The translations under genes were made by a program, and so were the position numbers. Shown here piece after piece: positions 36,163 to 45,107 of a stretch of 64,000 nucleotides of DNA. The notes beneath the pieces are model-generated. The model was not told the DNA's origin. It did no database searches and saw only the letters and a list, made by a program, of their open reading frames with translations. This DNA comes from Terriglobales bacterium (GTDB lineage: Bacteria > Acidobacteriota > Terriglobia > Terriglobales > Acidobacteriaceae): positions 275,475 to 339,474 of the forward strand of contig CAVOWN010000015.1 in assembly GCA_963700175.1 (NCBI GenBank), written 5' to 3'. Each line of letters begins with the position of its first letter. The stretch's first letter is position 1.

Positions 36163-36462
36163 TCACTTCAACTCGGCGTTTTTCCAAACGTAGAAATTCT
36201 TCTCATCGGCCAGAGTTTCAATGGAAATCCCTGCCGTTGAGGCCCCACGATGAATCGCCGAGCGCAGGTTGGCTAGGCCAATTCCACCGACATCGTCAAG
36301 CGGAATTTCGAGCGCCGACCCGGGTTGCGCCATATTGAGTTCCGCAAGAATTCCTTGCACTAGATCGTGATGTTTTCCTCGCCTGCCTTTATCGAGTTCT
36401 GCCACTTCCACGCGACGATATTTGAGTACCGATTGCGGTTGGGATTTCGGCTCTTTTCCCAT
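36163..36462 (-). CDS. hypothetical protein (99 aa)
   Basis: This is an ORF with coding-like composition and no recognised motif. Confidence 0.35.
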   Translation of the reverse strand: MGKEPKSQPQSVLKYRRVEVAELDKGRRGKHHDLVQGILAELNMAQPGSALEIPLDDVGGIGLANLRSAIHRGASTAGISIETLADEKNFYVWKNAELK

Positions 36463-36665
36463 GTTCTCTCACCCCCGAACGGAACCTTACCAAATCCATA
36501 AGTCTGCGTCAAGTATATTTTTATTATTCTTTAATGATGCGAATGTAGTGGACTAGATATGCGTCGGGGGCGGCTCCGCTCTGCGGCTACTTTTTCTTCT
36601 TTGCAGGTTCGATAGAGGAACCCAATATCTTCACCTTTTTTTAGTGGCGGAGGTATGCTCGAAAC

Positions 36666-36953
36666 ATGGAAGAACATGTGGTGTTGAAAATTACGCAATC
36701 GCATAACTGGCGTGAGCTATACGAGGCCGCTCTACTCGAAGTAAATCCGGCGGACTTGCAGAAGGGGATTGAACTAGCCTGCCAGGCAATGCGACAACGA
36801 AGTGACGACTTAACGCGCTCCTCCCAACCCGGCGCTCTTGACGAGCTGCGGGCAATCGCCGATGCTCTGCAAAATCTGAGAACCGTGCAACGAATCGAGT
36901 CGCGTTCGTCGATCGAGGCGGGCAGCCGTCCATTAAGCCAGTCCAGCACATAG
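36666..36953 (+). CDS. hypothetical small helical protein (95 aa)
   Basis: It is preceded by GGAGG, and the sequence is predicted helical (WRELYEAALLEVNPADLQKGIELA...). No known domain is recognised. Confidence 0.4.
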   Translation: MEEHVVLKITQSHNWRELYEAALLEVNPADLQKGIELACQAMRQRSDDLTRSSQPGALDELRAIADALQNLRTVQRIESRSSIEAGSRPLSQSST

Positions 36954-36968
36954 GTAAGGGGGTACACG

Positions 36969-37148
36969 ATGAGACATTCATGTCGCGAGTTAGCATTGCG
37001 GTCTTCGCGTAGACTGCACTTGACTTCGGGACTTTTGCGCCACGCGCGAATCGTCAGCGATCCGAAGAAGCTGGCACAGCTCTATGCCGAGGCAGAAAAG
37101 TGGAAGTGCTATGCGAGGGAAGAACGCATTAAAGCGGAGAGGCGCTAG
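36969..37148 (+). CDS. hypothetical small basic protein (59 aa), not in the supplied ORF track (below 60 aa)
   Basis: My own translation is MRHSCRELALRSSRRLHLTSGLLRHARIVSDPKKLAQLYAEAEKWKCYAREERIKAERR. An AAGGGGG Shine-Dalgarno sits 7 nt upstream, 15 nt after the stop of the preceding small ORF. Confidence 0.3.
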   Translation: MRHSCRELALRSSRRLHLTSGLLRHARIVSDPKKLAQLYAEAEKWKCYAREERIKAERR

Positions 37149-37174
37149 CCAGCTCTGCGCGAGAGTAGGGGTCA

Positions 37175-37750
37175 TTGAAGGTCCGAATCTTCAAGGATGC
37201 CGTCGAATTTCGCCGTTGGCTGGAGAGCAATCACGCTGCGGTTGAGGAATTCTGGGTCGGTTTCTACAATCAGCGCTCCAGGCAAACCAGCATGAGGTAT
37301 CCTGAGGCCGTCGACGAAGCCCTGTGTTTTGGCTGGATCGACGGTTTGCGCCAGAGCGTGAATGAGACGACCTACCGGGTGCGCTTCACGCCGCGCAAGG
37401 CTCGGAGCAACTGGAGCGCAGTCAACATCCGCCGCGTGCAAGAACTCAAGAGTCTGGGCCGGCTTGCTCCCGCGGGCCTGATAGCGTTCACGAAACGTCC
37501 CGAGAAGAAACTGTACTCTTACGAAACACGTCCGCAGCAATTCGAACAGGCCCAAGAAAAGCGGTTCACGGCAAATCCCGAGGCGTGGAAGTTCTTTCGG
37601 GCGCAGGCGCCTTGGTATCAGAGGACCGCGACGTATTGGGTGCTCAGTGCAAAGAAAGAAGAAACGCAGCAGAAACGGCTGGAGACTCTGATCGCCGATT
37701 CCGCGGCAGGCCAGCGACTTGGCGTGGTGAAGGCGAAGAAGTCGAAGTGA
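37175..37750 (+). CDS. YdeI/OmpD-associated family protein
   Basis: The sequence FRRWLESNH...FWVGFY...AVDEALCFGWIDGLRQSVNETTYRVRFTPRKARSNWSAVN ... YWVLSAKKEETQQKRLETLI matches the YdeI/OmdA family pattern. The start is TTG after AGGGG. Confidence 0.7.
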   Translation: MKVRIFKDAVEFRRWLESNHAAVEEFWVGFYNQRSRQTSMRYPEAVDEALCFGWIDGLRQSVNETTYRVRFTPRKARSNWSAVNIRRVQELKSLGRLAPAGLIAFTKRPEKKLYSYETRPQQFEQAQEKRFTANPEAWKFFRAQAPWYQRTATYWVLSAKKEETQQKRLETLIADSAAGQRLGVVKAKKSK

Positions 37751-37781
37751 TTTGGGCTTCGCTGAAGGCCGGTGGCGTGGC

Positions 37782-38438
37782 CTACTCGAACTGGCGTCGG
37801 AAGCTGGACAACTGCTGCTTGATGTCAGCCAGTTCCTGGCGCAACTCCGTTACTTTAGATTCCAGATAGGCAAGCCGGTCGTTGTTCGTATCGGCGGCGG
37901 AGTGCCGCGCGGGCGTATCGATTGCGACCACACCTTCCGCCACGTCGCCCGCGAGCAGGTGCGTATACCGCGCCTCCTTGGTTCCGGGCTGACGAGCGAG
38001 CATCTTTACCAGGACCGGGTCGCGCTGCATGAGTTTTTGCAGGGTGGACTGAACATCATCCAAGGTCTCAAAGCGGAACATGCGCTCGGTACGTCCGCGC
38101 AACTCGCCGGGAGTCTGCGGGCCGCGCAAGAGCAGGACGCAAAGCACAGCAATCTCGCGGCGGTCGAAGTTGAAGACCTCCTGTAAACGGTGCTCGTACT
38201 TGGTAACTCGGCTGTCCGCCCCACCAGCGGGACCGGCGAGGCGTTTTTCCTGGAGCGCGACAAGGGCGTCGCGGACGGCCTCGTCGTTGAGCGACATTAC
38301 CGGCTCACGATTATTCTTCTGATTGCAAGCATTGACCAGTGCATTCAATGAAAGCGGATAATAATCGGGCGTGGTGATGTCTTTTTCGATCAGCGACCCC
38401 AAAGCCCTGACCTCGATTTCATCGAGCAAAATGTCCAA
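37782..38438 (-). CDS. YceH-like protein (DUF480 / UPF0502)
   Basis: EIEVRALGSLIEKDITTPDYYPLSLNALVNACNQKNNREPVM closely parallels the E. coli YceH N-terminus. I place the start at the TTG at 38438, 7 nt after AGGAAGGGG. This gives about 218 aa rather than the 250 aa track ORF. Confidence 0.75.
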   Translation of the reverse strand: MDILLDEIEVRALGSLIEKDITTPDYYPLSLNALVNACNQKNNREPVMSLNDEAVRDALVALQEKRLAGPAGGADSRVTKYEHRLQEVFNFDRREIAVLCVLLLRGPQTPGELRGRTERMFRFETLDDVQSTLQKLMQRDPVLVKMLARQPGTKEARYTHLLAGDVAEGVVAIDTPARHSAADTNNDRLAYLESKVTELRQELADIKQQLSSFRRQFE

Positions 38439-38571
38439 TGCGGCGCCCCTTCCTTTAAGCGCGATATTTGCATTGTATAGGCGAATTCGCACCCCAAAAT
38501 GAACGGCGGTGTACTTTCGTTCTCCACACGTCACTGAGAAAATCCGTACCGGCTGTCATAATGATTGGCCT

Positions 38572-40272
38572 ATGTCTGTCGGGCCAAGTTCGAGTTTTGA
38601 TGAGCGCTGGCTTCCCAAGTCGGTGCTGTGCCTGCGCGACTACAATCTGAACAAATTTGGCCGGGATGTAATCGCCGGAGTAACGGTGGGTCTGGTGGCG
38701 CTGCCGCTGGCGATGGCGTTCTCCATCGCCTCCGGATTAACGCCACAGGCGGGCATTTACTGCGCGGTGGTCACCGGGTTCCTGGTTTCGGCGCTGGGCG
38801 GGTCGCGCACTCAGATCGGCGGTCCGACGGGTGCATTCGTGGTGGTGGTGGCTGGGATCGTGGCCGTGCATGGCGTGGATGGCTTGTTCATGTGTACCGT
38901 CATGGCAGGGATTTTACTAGTGATTCTGGGCCTGACCGGGATGGGGTCGGCGGTAAAGTTTATTCCGCGTCCAGTGGTCATTGGGTTTACCAATGGCATT
39001 GCAGTGTTGATTGCCAGCACGCAGATTAAAGACTTCTTCGGCCTGCATCTCGACAAAGTGCCGGGCGAATTCTACCAGCGCATGAAAGAGTTGCTGGCGG
39101 CAGCGCCCACATGGTCGCCGCGGGCAACGATTCTGGCGGCGGCTACGCTCGGAACCCTGCTGGTTTGCCGGGCGCTGTCAAATCGCATTCCCGGACCGAT
39201 TGTCGCCATGATCGGCGCAACCGTCGCAGTATTTGTCCTCAAGCTGCCGGTGGAGACGATCGGCACGCGCTTCGGTGGAATTCCCAGTGGGATGCCACAT
39301 CTGGTAATTCCGCGATTTCGTCCAGAACTGATTCATGGACTGCTGGGGCCCGCGTTCACAGTGGCCATGCTGGGGGCGATTGAGTCGCTGATGTCGGCGG
39401 TGGTGGCAGACCGCATGAGCAACGACCGGCACAATCCTAATGTGGAACTGATAGCGCAGGGGATTGCGAATGTGGCGTCCCCGATGTTTGGCGGACTGCC
39501 GGCGACCGGCGCGATTGCCCGCACCGCGACCAACATACGGGCCGGAGCGCAGACTCCGGTTGCCGGGATGATTCATGCGATCACGCTTTTATGCGTGCTT
39601 CTGTTCGCTGCGCCCCTGGCCAGTTACATTCCCATGGCGGCACTGGCCGGGATTCTGCTGGTGGTCGCATACAACATGGGCGAGTGGCGTGAGATTCCCC
39701 AGTTGTTGCGGCTGACCAAGACCGACATCAGCGTATGGCTGGTAACATTCGCTTTGACGGTGTTTGCCGACCTTACGGTAGCCGTCGAAGCTGGGATGAT
39801 CCTGGCGGCGCTACTGTTTATCGCGCGAGTTTCGAATACGACGACGGTTTCGCAAGTGACGGACGACTATGTCGAGGATGGGCGCGTGCACATCCTTCAG
39901 GACAAAGACATCCCATACTACGCAACGATTTTCAGGATCCATGGGCCGTTTCTGTTCGGGGCAACGGAAAAGGTCGAGAAAATCACTGAGAAGATCCACG
40001 AACTGCCGCCGATCGTCCTCATACGGTTGCGTAACATGACAGCGATCGATGCCACGGGGCTGTTCGCGCTGGAAGAAGTTGCGCGTCGACTCCACGCCAG
40101 CGGACGCACGTTGATCCTTTGCGGGGCACGCGAGCAGCCGGCACAGTTGATCCACCAGGCGGAGTTCGAAGAAGTGGTGGGACGCGAGAACATCTGCGCC
40201 AACGTACAGGAGGCCATCGATCGGGCCGAAGCAGTGTTCGAGCGGATCGAAGTGAAAGCGCCCGTGAAGTAG
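38572..40272 (+). CDS. SulP family inorganic anion transporter with C-terminal STAS domain
   Basis: It has the SulP motif GVTVGLVALPLAMAFSIASG, many TM segments and a C-terminal STAS domain (IVLIRLRNMTAIDATGLFALEEV). I chose the ATG at 38572. Confidence 0.85.
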   Translation: MSVGPSSSFDERWLPKSVLCLRDYNLNKFGRDVIAGVTVGLVALPLAMAFSIASGLTPQAGIYCAVVTGFLVSALGGSRTQIGGPTGAFVVVVAGIVAVHGVDGLFMCTVMAGILLVILGLTGMGSAVKFIPRPVVIGFTNGIAVLIASTQIKDFFGLHLDKVPGEFYQRMKELLAAAPTWSPRATILAAATLGTLLVCRALSNRIPGPIVAMIGATVAVFVLKLPVETIGTRFGGIPSGMPHLVIPRFRPELIHGLLGPAFTVAMLGAIESLMSAVVADRMSNDRHNPNVELIAQGIANVASPMFGGLPATGAIARTATNIRAGAQTPVAGMIHAITLLCVLLFAAPLASYIPMAALAGILLVVAYNMGEWREIPQLLRLTKTDISVWLVTFALTVFADLTVAVEAGMILAALLFIARVSNTTTVSQVTDDYVEDGRVHILQDKDIPYYATIFRIHGPFLFGATEKVEKITEKIHELPPIVLIRLRNMTAIDATGLFALEEVARRLHASGRTLILCGAREQPAQLIHQAEFEEVVGRENICANVQEAIDRAEAVFERIEVKAPVK

Positions 40273-40377
40273 CGGCGGGCGGGCGTCGAATCGAAATCGT
40301 TGCTGCCTCGGCGCCCGAGACTGAACTCTTCTGCTGCCCCCTGCCCATCTGCCTCAGCAAGCCGCATCCTCTTTGAG

Positions 40378-40386
40378 TGGTAGAAT
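40378..40386 (+). promoter_or_regulatory. candidate extended -10 promoter element for tdh
   Basis: TGgTAGAAT has the extended -10 form TGnTAnAAT and lies about 40 nt upstream of the tdh start. No good -35 hexamer is present. Confidence 0.3.
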
Positions 40387-40424
40387 CTAGGGTTTTCGTC
40401 TCCATTCTGCAATATATAAGGTGA

Positions 40425-41480
40425 TTGATGGCAAATACCATGATGGCGGTTGTGAAGCCGGAGTCCGCTCCGGGGATGGAAGTACGCGAGGTAAAGGTGC
40501 CCGCCTACGGGCGTACGGACGTGCTGGTGAAGGTGAAAGTCGCATCCATTTGCGGCACCGACTTGCACATTTTCGAATGGGACCGCTGGGCGCAAGGGCG
40601 CATTCATCCTCCGCTGATTCCGGGGCACGAGTTCTGCGGCGAAGTCGTTGCATATGGCGATGAAGTCACCAGTGTGAAGGAAGGCGACTTTGTTTCGGCG
40701 GAGATGCACGTGGCCTGCGGAAAGTGTTTTCAATGCCGCACTGGCGAGGCGCATATCTGCCAGAACGTGAAAATTATCGGCGTGGACGCCGACGGAGCGT
40801 TTGCGGAGTACGTGGTGATTCCCGAGTCGAATATATGGAAGCTCGATTCGGCGATTCCCATGGAGTACGCATCGATTCTCGACCCGCTTGGTAATGCAGT
40901 ACACACGGTGCTGGCGGGCGAGATCGCTGCTCGTACAGTGGCGATTACCGGCTGCGGGCCCATTGGATTATTTGCCATCGCCGTAGCGAGAGCGGTCGGC
41001 GCGGCACAGGTGTTTGCGATCGAGGTGAACGAGCACCGGCGAAATATCGCCAAACAGATGAAGGCGGATGTTGTGATAGATCCCTCGAAGGAGAATGCGA
41101 CGGAAGTCATCATGCAGCATACCGGCGGGCTGGGAGTCGACGTGGTGCTCGAAATGGCCGGCCATCCGGATGCGATCCGGACTGCGTTCGATTCGGTGCG
41201 ACGCGGGGGCCGAATTTCCTTGCTGGGGCTCACATCGAAGCCGATCTCTTTGAACTTTTCTGAGGACATCATCTTTAAGGGAATTACCGTGCAGGGCATC
41301 AACGGCCGGCGTATGTACCAGACCTGGTATCAGATGACGGCGCTACTGAAGGCGGGCCGGCTCGACTTGCATCCGGTGATTACCGATCGGATTGCCATGA
41401 AGGACTTTTCCAAGGCAATGGAGCGCCTGAAGACCGGGGAGTCGAGCAAGATTCTGGTTTATCCGAATGGTGTGAAATAG
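40425..41480 (+). CDS. tdh: L-threonine 3-dehydrogenase (zinc-dependent MDR family)
   Basis: ASICGTDLHIFEWDRWAQGRI..PLIPGHEFCGEV plus the structural-zinc Cys cluster CGKCFQCRTGEAHIC is typical of Tdh. The length is 351 aa. Confidence 0.88.
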   Translation: MMANTMMAVVKPESAPGMEVREVKVPAYGRTDVLVKVKVASICGTDLHIFEWDRWAQGRIHPPLIPGHEFCGEVVAYGDEVTSVKEGDFVSAEMHVACGKCFQCRTGEAHICQNVKIIGVDADGAFAEYVVIPESNIWKLDSAIPMEYASILDPLGNAVHTVLAGEIAARTVAITGCGPIGLFAIAVARAVGAAQVFAIEVNEHRRNIAKQMKADVVIDPSKENATEVIMQHTGGLGVDVVLEMAGHPDAIRTAFDSVRRGGRISLLGLTSKPISLNFSEDIIFKGITVQGINGRRMYQTWYQMTALLKAGRLDLHPVITDRIAMKDFSKAMERLKTGESSKILVYPNGVK

Positions 41481-41666
41481 ATGATGCTGCGGGCGAGGGG
41501 TGCAGCGGGATTCGTCGCCCCTCCTCGCTTCGCTGGTTGAACGGCCAAGGGCGGCTGTAGTTGCGTCAAGTGCGATGACCCCGATTTTCGCCAGAGCCTC
41601 TCCGAAATTTGATGTAAAATTGGTGGCCTCGAAGGACTCCATTCCATCGCTTTAGGAGAAACTTCC

Positions 41667-42467
41667 ATGAACCGCAACCGGTCCTTACCCTTACTGCTCG
41701 TACTCACGACCTTGTTCGCCGCCTATACTCCTGCGCAAGAATCCTCGCCGCCCCTGATGATTCACCCGGCGCCCAAGCCAGTTATTGAGGATTCCCGACA
41801 GCCAGGCGCCAAACTGGTGAAAGCTGTGCTGGTGAAATCCTGGGGAGCCAGTCCGGTTTGGCCGGATCTGACCCAAAATTGGGCCAAGTACGGAACGATC
41901 CCACTTTCTGTCGACGACAAGTCTTTAATTAGCGGTGACTTCACCTACTTCCAACTGGTCGCTTCCCAGGCAGACGTAATCGTCATCAGCGATGCCGCGG
42001 GGGGAGACAAACAATACTCCGCCACCGAGTTTGCCGCCATTGCCAAGTATGCAGCCCATGGCCACACCATCGTGGGGACTTACGCCACGCTGCAAAGCGG
42101 CCAGTATGACAATCGTGGACTAGCTCCGGTTTTCGGATTTGACCCGACCATCGAGTATGCTACGATCCAAATATCGAACCAGTTTGACAAGGTTGCTCAC
42201 GGCTGCCTGCTGAATGGAATCCCCGGAAGTTCGTGGCAATCCGCCGGGTACGACTATAGCCAATTGCCCGCGAATAACCCATGGAACCAATCTCTAGATT
42301 ATGCAAAAGCCATAGCCCAATCGGACAGTTACAACGGGTTGGTGAGCTTGTATCACGGCAACAACCACACTGGCATTTATATTACGAACATGCCCGAGTA
42401 TGAGGTGACGGGCGGGGTCGACGAGCAACTGCTCTACAACGCCTTGACCTGTTACGTGAAGAAGTAA
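41667..42467 (+). CDS. hypothetical secreted protein (266 aa)
   Basis: It has the signal peptide MNRNRSLPLLLVLTTLFAAYTPAQE and no recognised domain. Confidence 0.5.
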   Translation: MNRNRSLPLLLVLTTLFAAYTPAQESSPPLMIHPAPKPVIEDSRQPGAKLVKAVLVKSWGASPVWPDLTQNWAKYGTIPLSVDDKSLISGDFTYFQLVASQADVIVISDAAGGDKQYSATEFAAIAKYAAHGHTIVGTYATLQSGQYDNRGLAPVFGFDPTIEYATIQISNQFDKVAHGCLLNGIPGSSWQSAGYDYSQLPANNPWNQSLDYAKAIAQSDSYNGLVSLYHGNNHTGIYITNMPEYEVTGGVDEQLLYNALTCYVKK

Positions 42468-42546
42468 CATCGCTGCATGTTCGCGGAAAACAGACCTCCT
42501 CTGCGGGTGGCATTCCGCGTTGCTTCCCCGGCGCATTTCGATTCGG

Positions 42547-43191
42547 CTAGGTGGGCATTCCTACGATCTTTTTCTGGATGGCGTAGGTGACCAACTGCGC
42601 TTTGTTGTGGATGTCGAGCTTGCGCATCAGATTGAATTTGTGGGCTTCGACGGTTTTGATGCTCAAGCCCAGTAGCAGTGCGATTTCTCTTACCGAGTTA
42701 CCTTCAGCGATCATTTTTACCACTTCGCGTTCCCGGGGAGTAAGGTTGGCTCCCCGGGCCTGACCGCGCGGCGCCTGGGAGCGGGCGCGGAAGTCATCCA
42801 CCAACTTGCCGAGAATCTGCGGACTCAGGTATTTGCGGCCCTGAGAAACGTCGCGGACGGCGCCGATGAGCTTGGAGGCGGGAGCATCTTTCAAAATGTA
42901 ACCAGAAGCGCCAACATCCAAGCATCGCAGCAGGTACTCTTCATCCTCATACATGGAAAGAAATATCAGACGGCTGCTGGGCGAATCACGTTGCATGATA
43001 TGGGCGGCCTCAAAACTCATGCCAATTCCCATAAGGACGACGTTAGGTCGAAGATCGCGAACCCGCTCAATGGCGCCAGTCGCATCGGCAGCCTCGCCCA
43101 CAACTTGCAGGTCGGACTCACTCTCCAGAATACGGCGCAGTCCGTCGCGAGCCAGCATATGGTCGTCGACGATGAGGCAGGTAATGGCCAT
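42547..43191 (-). CDS. NarL/LuxR-type response regulator with degenerate (Asp-less) receiver domain
   Basis: The receiver fold has the acidic pair VDDH, a Ser in FLSM and a Lys in ILKD. The phospho-acceptor position reads VVLMGIGM, with Gly where the family has LMD. The C-terminal LuxR HTH reads LTPREREVVKMIAEGNSVREIALLLGLSIKTVEAHK. Confidence 0.85.
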   Translation of the reverse strand: MAITCLIVDDHMLARDGLRRILESESDLQVVGEAADATGAIERVRDLRPNVVLMGIGMSFEAAHIMQRDSPSSRLIFLSMYEDEEYLLRCLDVGASGYILKDAPASKLIGAVRDVSQGRKYLSPQILGKLVDDFRARSQAPRGQARGANLTPREREVVKMIAEGNSVREIALLLGLSIKTVEAHKFNLMRKLDIHNKAQLVTYAIQKKIVGMPT

Positions 43192-43336
43192 AGTTGTCTT
43201 GTCAGCTCCAGTTGCGGAGAAACCCCGCTCACTGGTCCCACGGCGCGTCCGCCATGCCTATTGTCAGCGCCGAGTTAGATGGGGATTGCCGCTGCCGGGT
43301 TTGCCTGACCTATCAGATACAATCGCAAGAGAGAGA

Positions 43337-44509
43337 ATGTTGCGCTATTACACTGCGGGGGAGTCGCACGGCGAAGCGCTGACGGCATTCCTCTCCGGTC
43401 TGCCTGCCGGGTTGAAAATAGAGCAGGCATTTCTTGATCGCGAACTGTGGCGGCGACAGCAGGGCTACGGCCGCGGCGGCCGCATGAAGATTGAGCGCGA
43501 TAGCGCCCACATTCTGTCGGGAGTGCGCCACGGAGCTACGATCGGATCGCCGATTGCCGTACTTCTGGAAAACAAAGACTGGAAGAATTGGACCGAGTCG
43601 CTTCCCGTGGAAGAGGGCGATCCGGCGAAACACAAGAGAGTAGCGTCGCCTCGGCCTGGGCATGCGGACCTGGCGGGGGCCTTAAAATACAATTTCGCTG
43701 AAGCGCGCTATGTCCTGGAGCGGGCCTCGGCGCGAGAGAGTGCGGCGCGGGTGGCGATTGGCGCTCTTGCAAAATTATTTCTGCAACAGCTGGGTATTGA
43801 AGTCCTCAGCCATGTAGTCGCAGTCGGCGCCGTGACTGCCTCACGGGCAGTCAGCTGGGAAGAAATTGCGGCATGCTGCAAACGAGAAGAAGTGCTATTG
43901 AACTGCGCGGATGCATCGGTCGAAGATCGCATGAAAGAAGAAGTCGATCGCGTGCTGAAGTCGGGTGACTCTGTTGGTGGCGTCTTTGAAGCGGTCGCGC
44001 ACGGCGTGCCGCCCGGATTAGGGACTTACGCGCAGTGGGACGAGCGTCTCGACGCCAAACTGGCCGGCGCTGTCATGTCGTTGCAGGCGGTGAAAGCCGT
44101 CGAAATCGGCGCAGGCGTAACCGCGGCCGCTTCGCCGGGTTCCACGGTGCACGATGAAATCGCTTACGACAAGACGACCGGCTTCAGCGGATTTACTCGG
44201 CCACGAAACAATGCCGGTGGAATCGAAGGCGGTGTTTCCAACGGCGAGGAGATCCGTGTACGCGGCTATCTGAAGCCGATCTCGACCCTGCGGCGTCCGT
44301 TGCAGTCGGTGGATTTCGCCAGCCGCGAACCGGTCAAAGCCGCCTATGAACGCTCCGACGTTTGCGTCGTTCCGGCCGCTGGAGTGGCGGCAGAGGCGAT
44401 GGTTGCGCTGACGCTGGCGGCCTGCGCGCTGGAGAAGTTCGGTGGCGATTCGATGATCGAAGTACGGCGCAATTATGATGGATACCTAACACAACTGAAA
44501 AATTACTGA
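43337..44509 (+). CDS. aroC: chorismate synthase
   Basis: MLRYYTAGESHGEAL...RRQQGYGRGGRM... is the canonical AroC N-terminus. I chose the ATG at 43337; the track ORF from 42953 runs antisense through the response regulator gene. Confidence 0.92.
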   Translation: MLRYYTAGESHGEALTAFLSGLPAGLKIEQAFLDRELWRRQQGYGRGGRMKIERDSAHILSGVRHGATIGSPIAVLLENKDWKNWTESLPVEEGDPAKHKRVASPRPGHADLAGALKYNFAEARYVLERASARESAARVAIGALAKLFLQQLGIEVLSHVVAVGAVTASRAVSWEEIAACCKREEVLLNCADASVEDRMKEEVDRVLKSGDSVGGVFEAVAHGVPPGLGTYAQWDERLDAKLAGAVMSLQAVKAVEIGAGVTAAASPGSTVHDEIAYDKTTGFSGFTRPRNNAGGIEGGVSNGEEIRVRGYLKPISTLRRPLQSVDFASREPVKAAYERSDVCVVPAAGVAAEAMVALTLAACALEKFGGDSMIEVRRNYDGYLTQLKNY

Positions 44510-44535
44510 CTCCAAGGTACCGGCCGAACACAAAA

Positions 44536-45045
44536 ATGATCTATCCTATCGTGAAATTTGGCGACCCTGTTCTGGAAACTCCGGCCCAACCGGTCACCGT
44601 GTTTGATGATGAACTCAAAAAGCTGGTCGAAGATATGTTTGAGTCGATGTACGAAGCCCGCGGTGTGGGATTGGCAGCGCCGCAGATCGGCATATCAAAG
44701 CGATTGGCAGTCATCGACGTGACTTTCAAAGAAGATCCCGAGGCGAAACTGGTACTGGCGAACCCGCAGATCATTCGCACTGAAGGCAGGCACCGGCAAT
44801 CGGAAGGCTGCCTGAGCATTCCCGAGTTTCGTGAAGAAGTAACGCGTGCGAAAAAAGTTACGGTCCGCGCGCAGGATGTGAACGGAAAGTGGTACGAAGA
44901 GACCGGCGAAGAATTGTTGGCCCGTGCGTTTCTGCATGAAACCGACCACTTGAACGGCAAGTTGTACATCAGCCACATAAGCGCGCTGAAACGGGACTTG
45001 ATGAAACGCAGAATCAAGAAGCTGGTAAAAGCGGGAGAATGGTAG
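44536..45045 (+). CDS. def: peptide deformylase
   Basis: The three Def motifs are present: GVGLAAPQ, EGCLS and HETDH. Confidence 0.93.
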   Translation: MIYPIVKFGDPVLETPAQPVTVFDDELKKLVEDMFESMYEARGVGLAAPQIGISKRLAVIDVTFKEDPEAKLVLANPQIIRTEGRHRQSEGCLSIPEFREEVTRAKKVTVRAQDVNGKWYEETGEELLARAFLHETDHLNGKLYISHISALKRDLMKRRIKKLVKAGEW

Positions 45046-45107
45046 AAAGAACGGGAGATCGGCTCGTCTGGTTGAACTGCCTGATGACTGGATCGACCGA
45101 TCAACCG

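Noticed and set aside
36990-37175. 61-aa minus-strand ORF between the small-ORF pair and ydeI.
   Set aside because: It has no Shine-Dalgarno. The opposite strand carries a 59-aa ORF with a good AAGGGGG Shine-Dalgarno in tandem with the preceding gene, so I prefer the plus-strand reading. Both remain low confidence.
42953-43336. N-terminal 128-codon extension of the aroC ORF in the supplied track.
   Set aside because: The extension runs antisense through the response regulator gene. The canonical AroC N-terminus (MLRYYTAGESHG) starts at the ATG at 43337.
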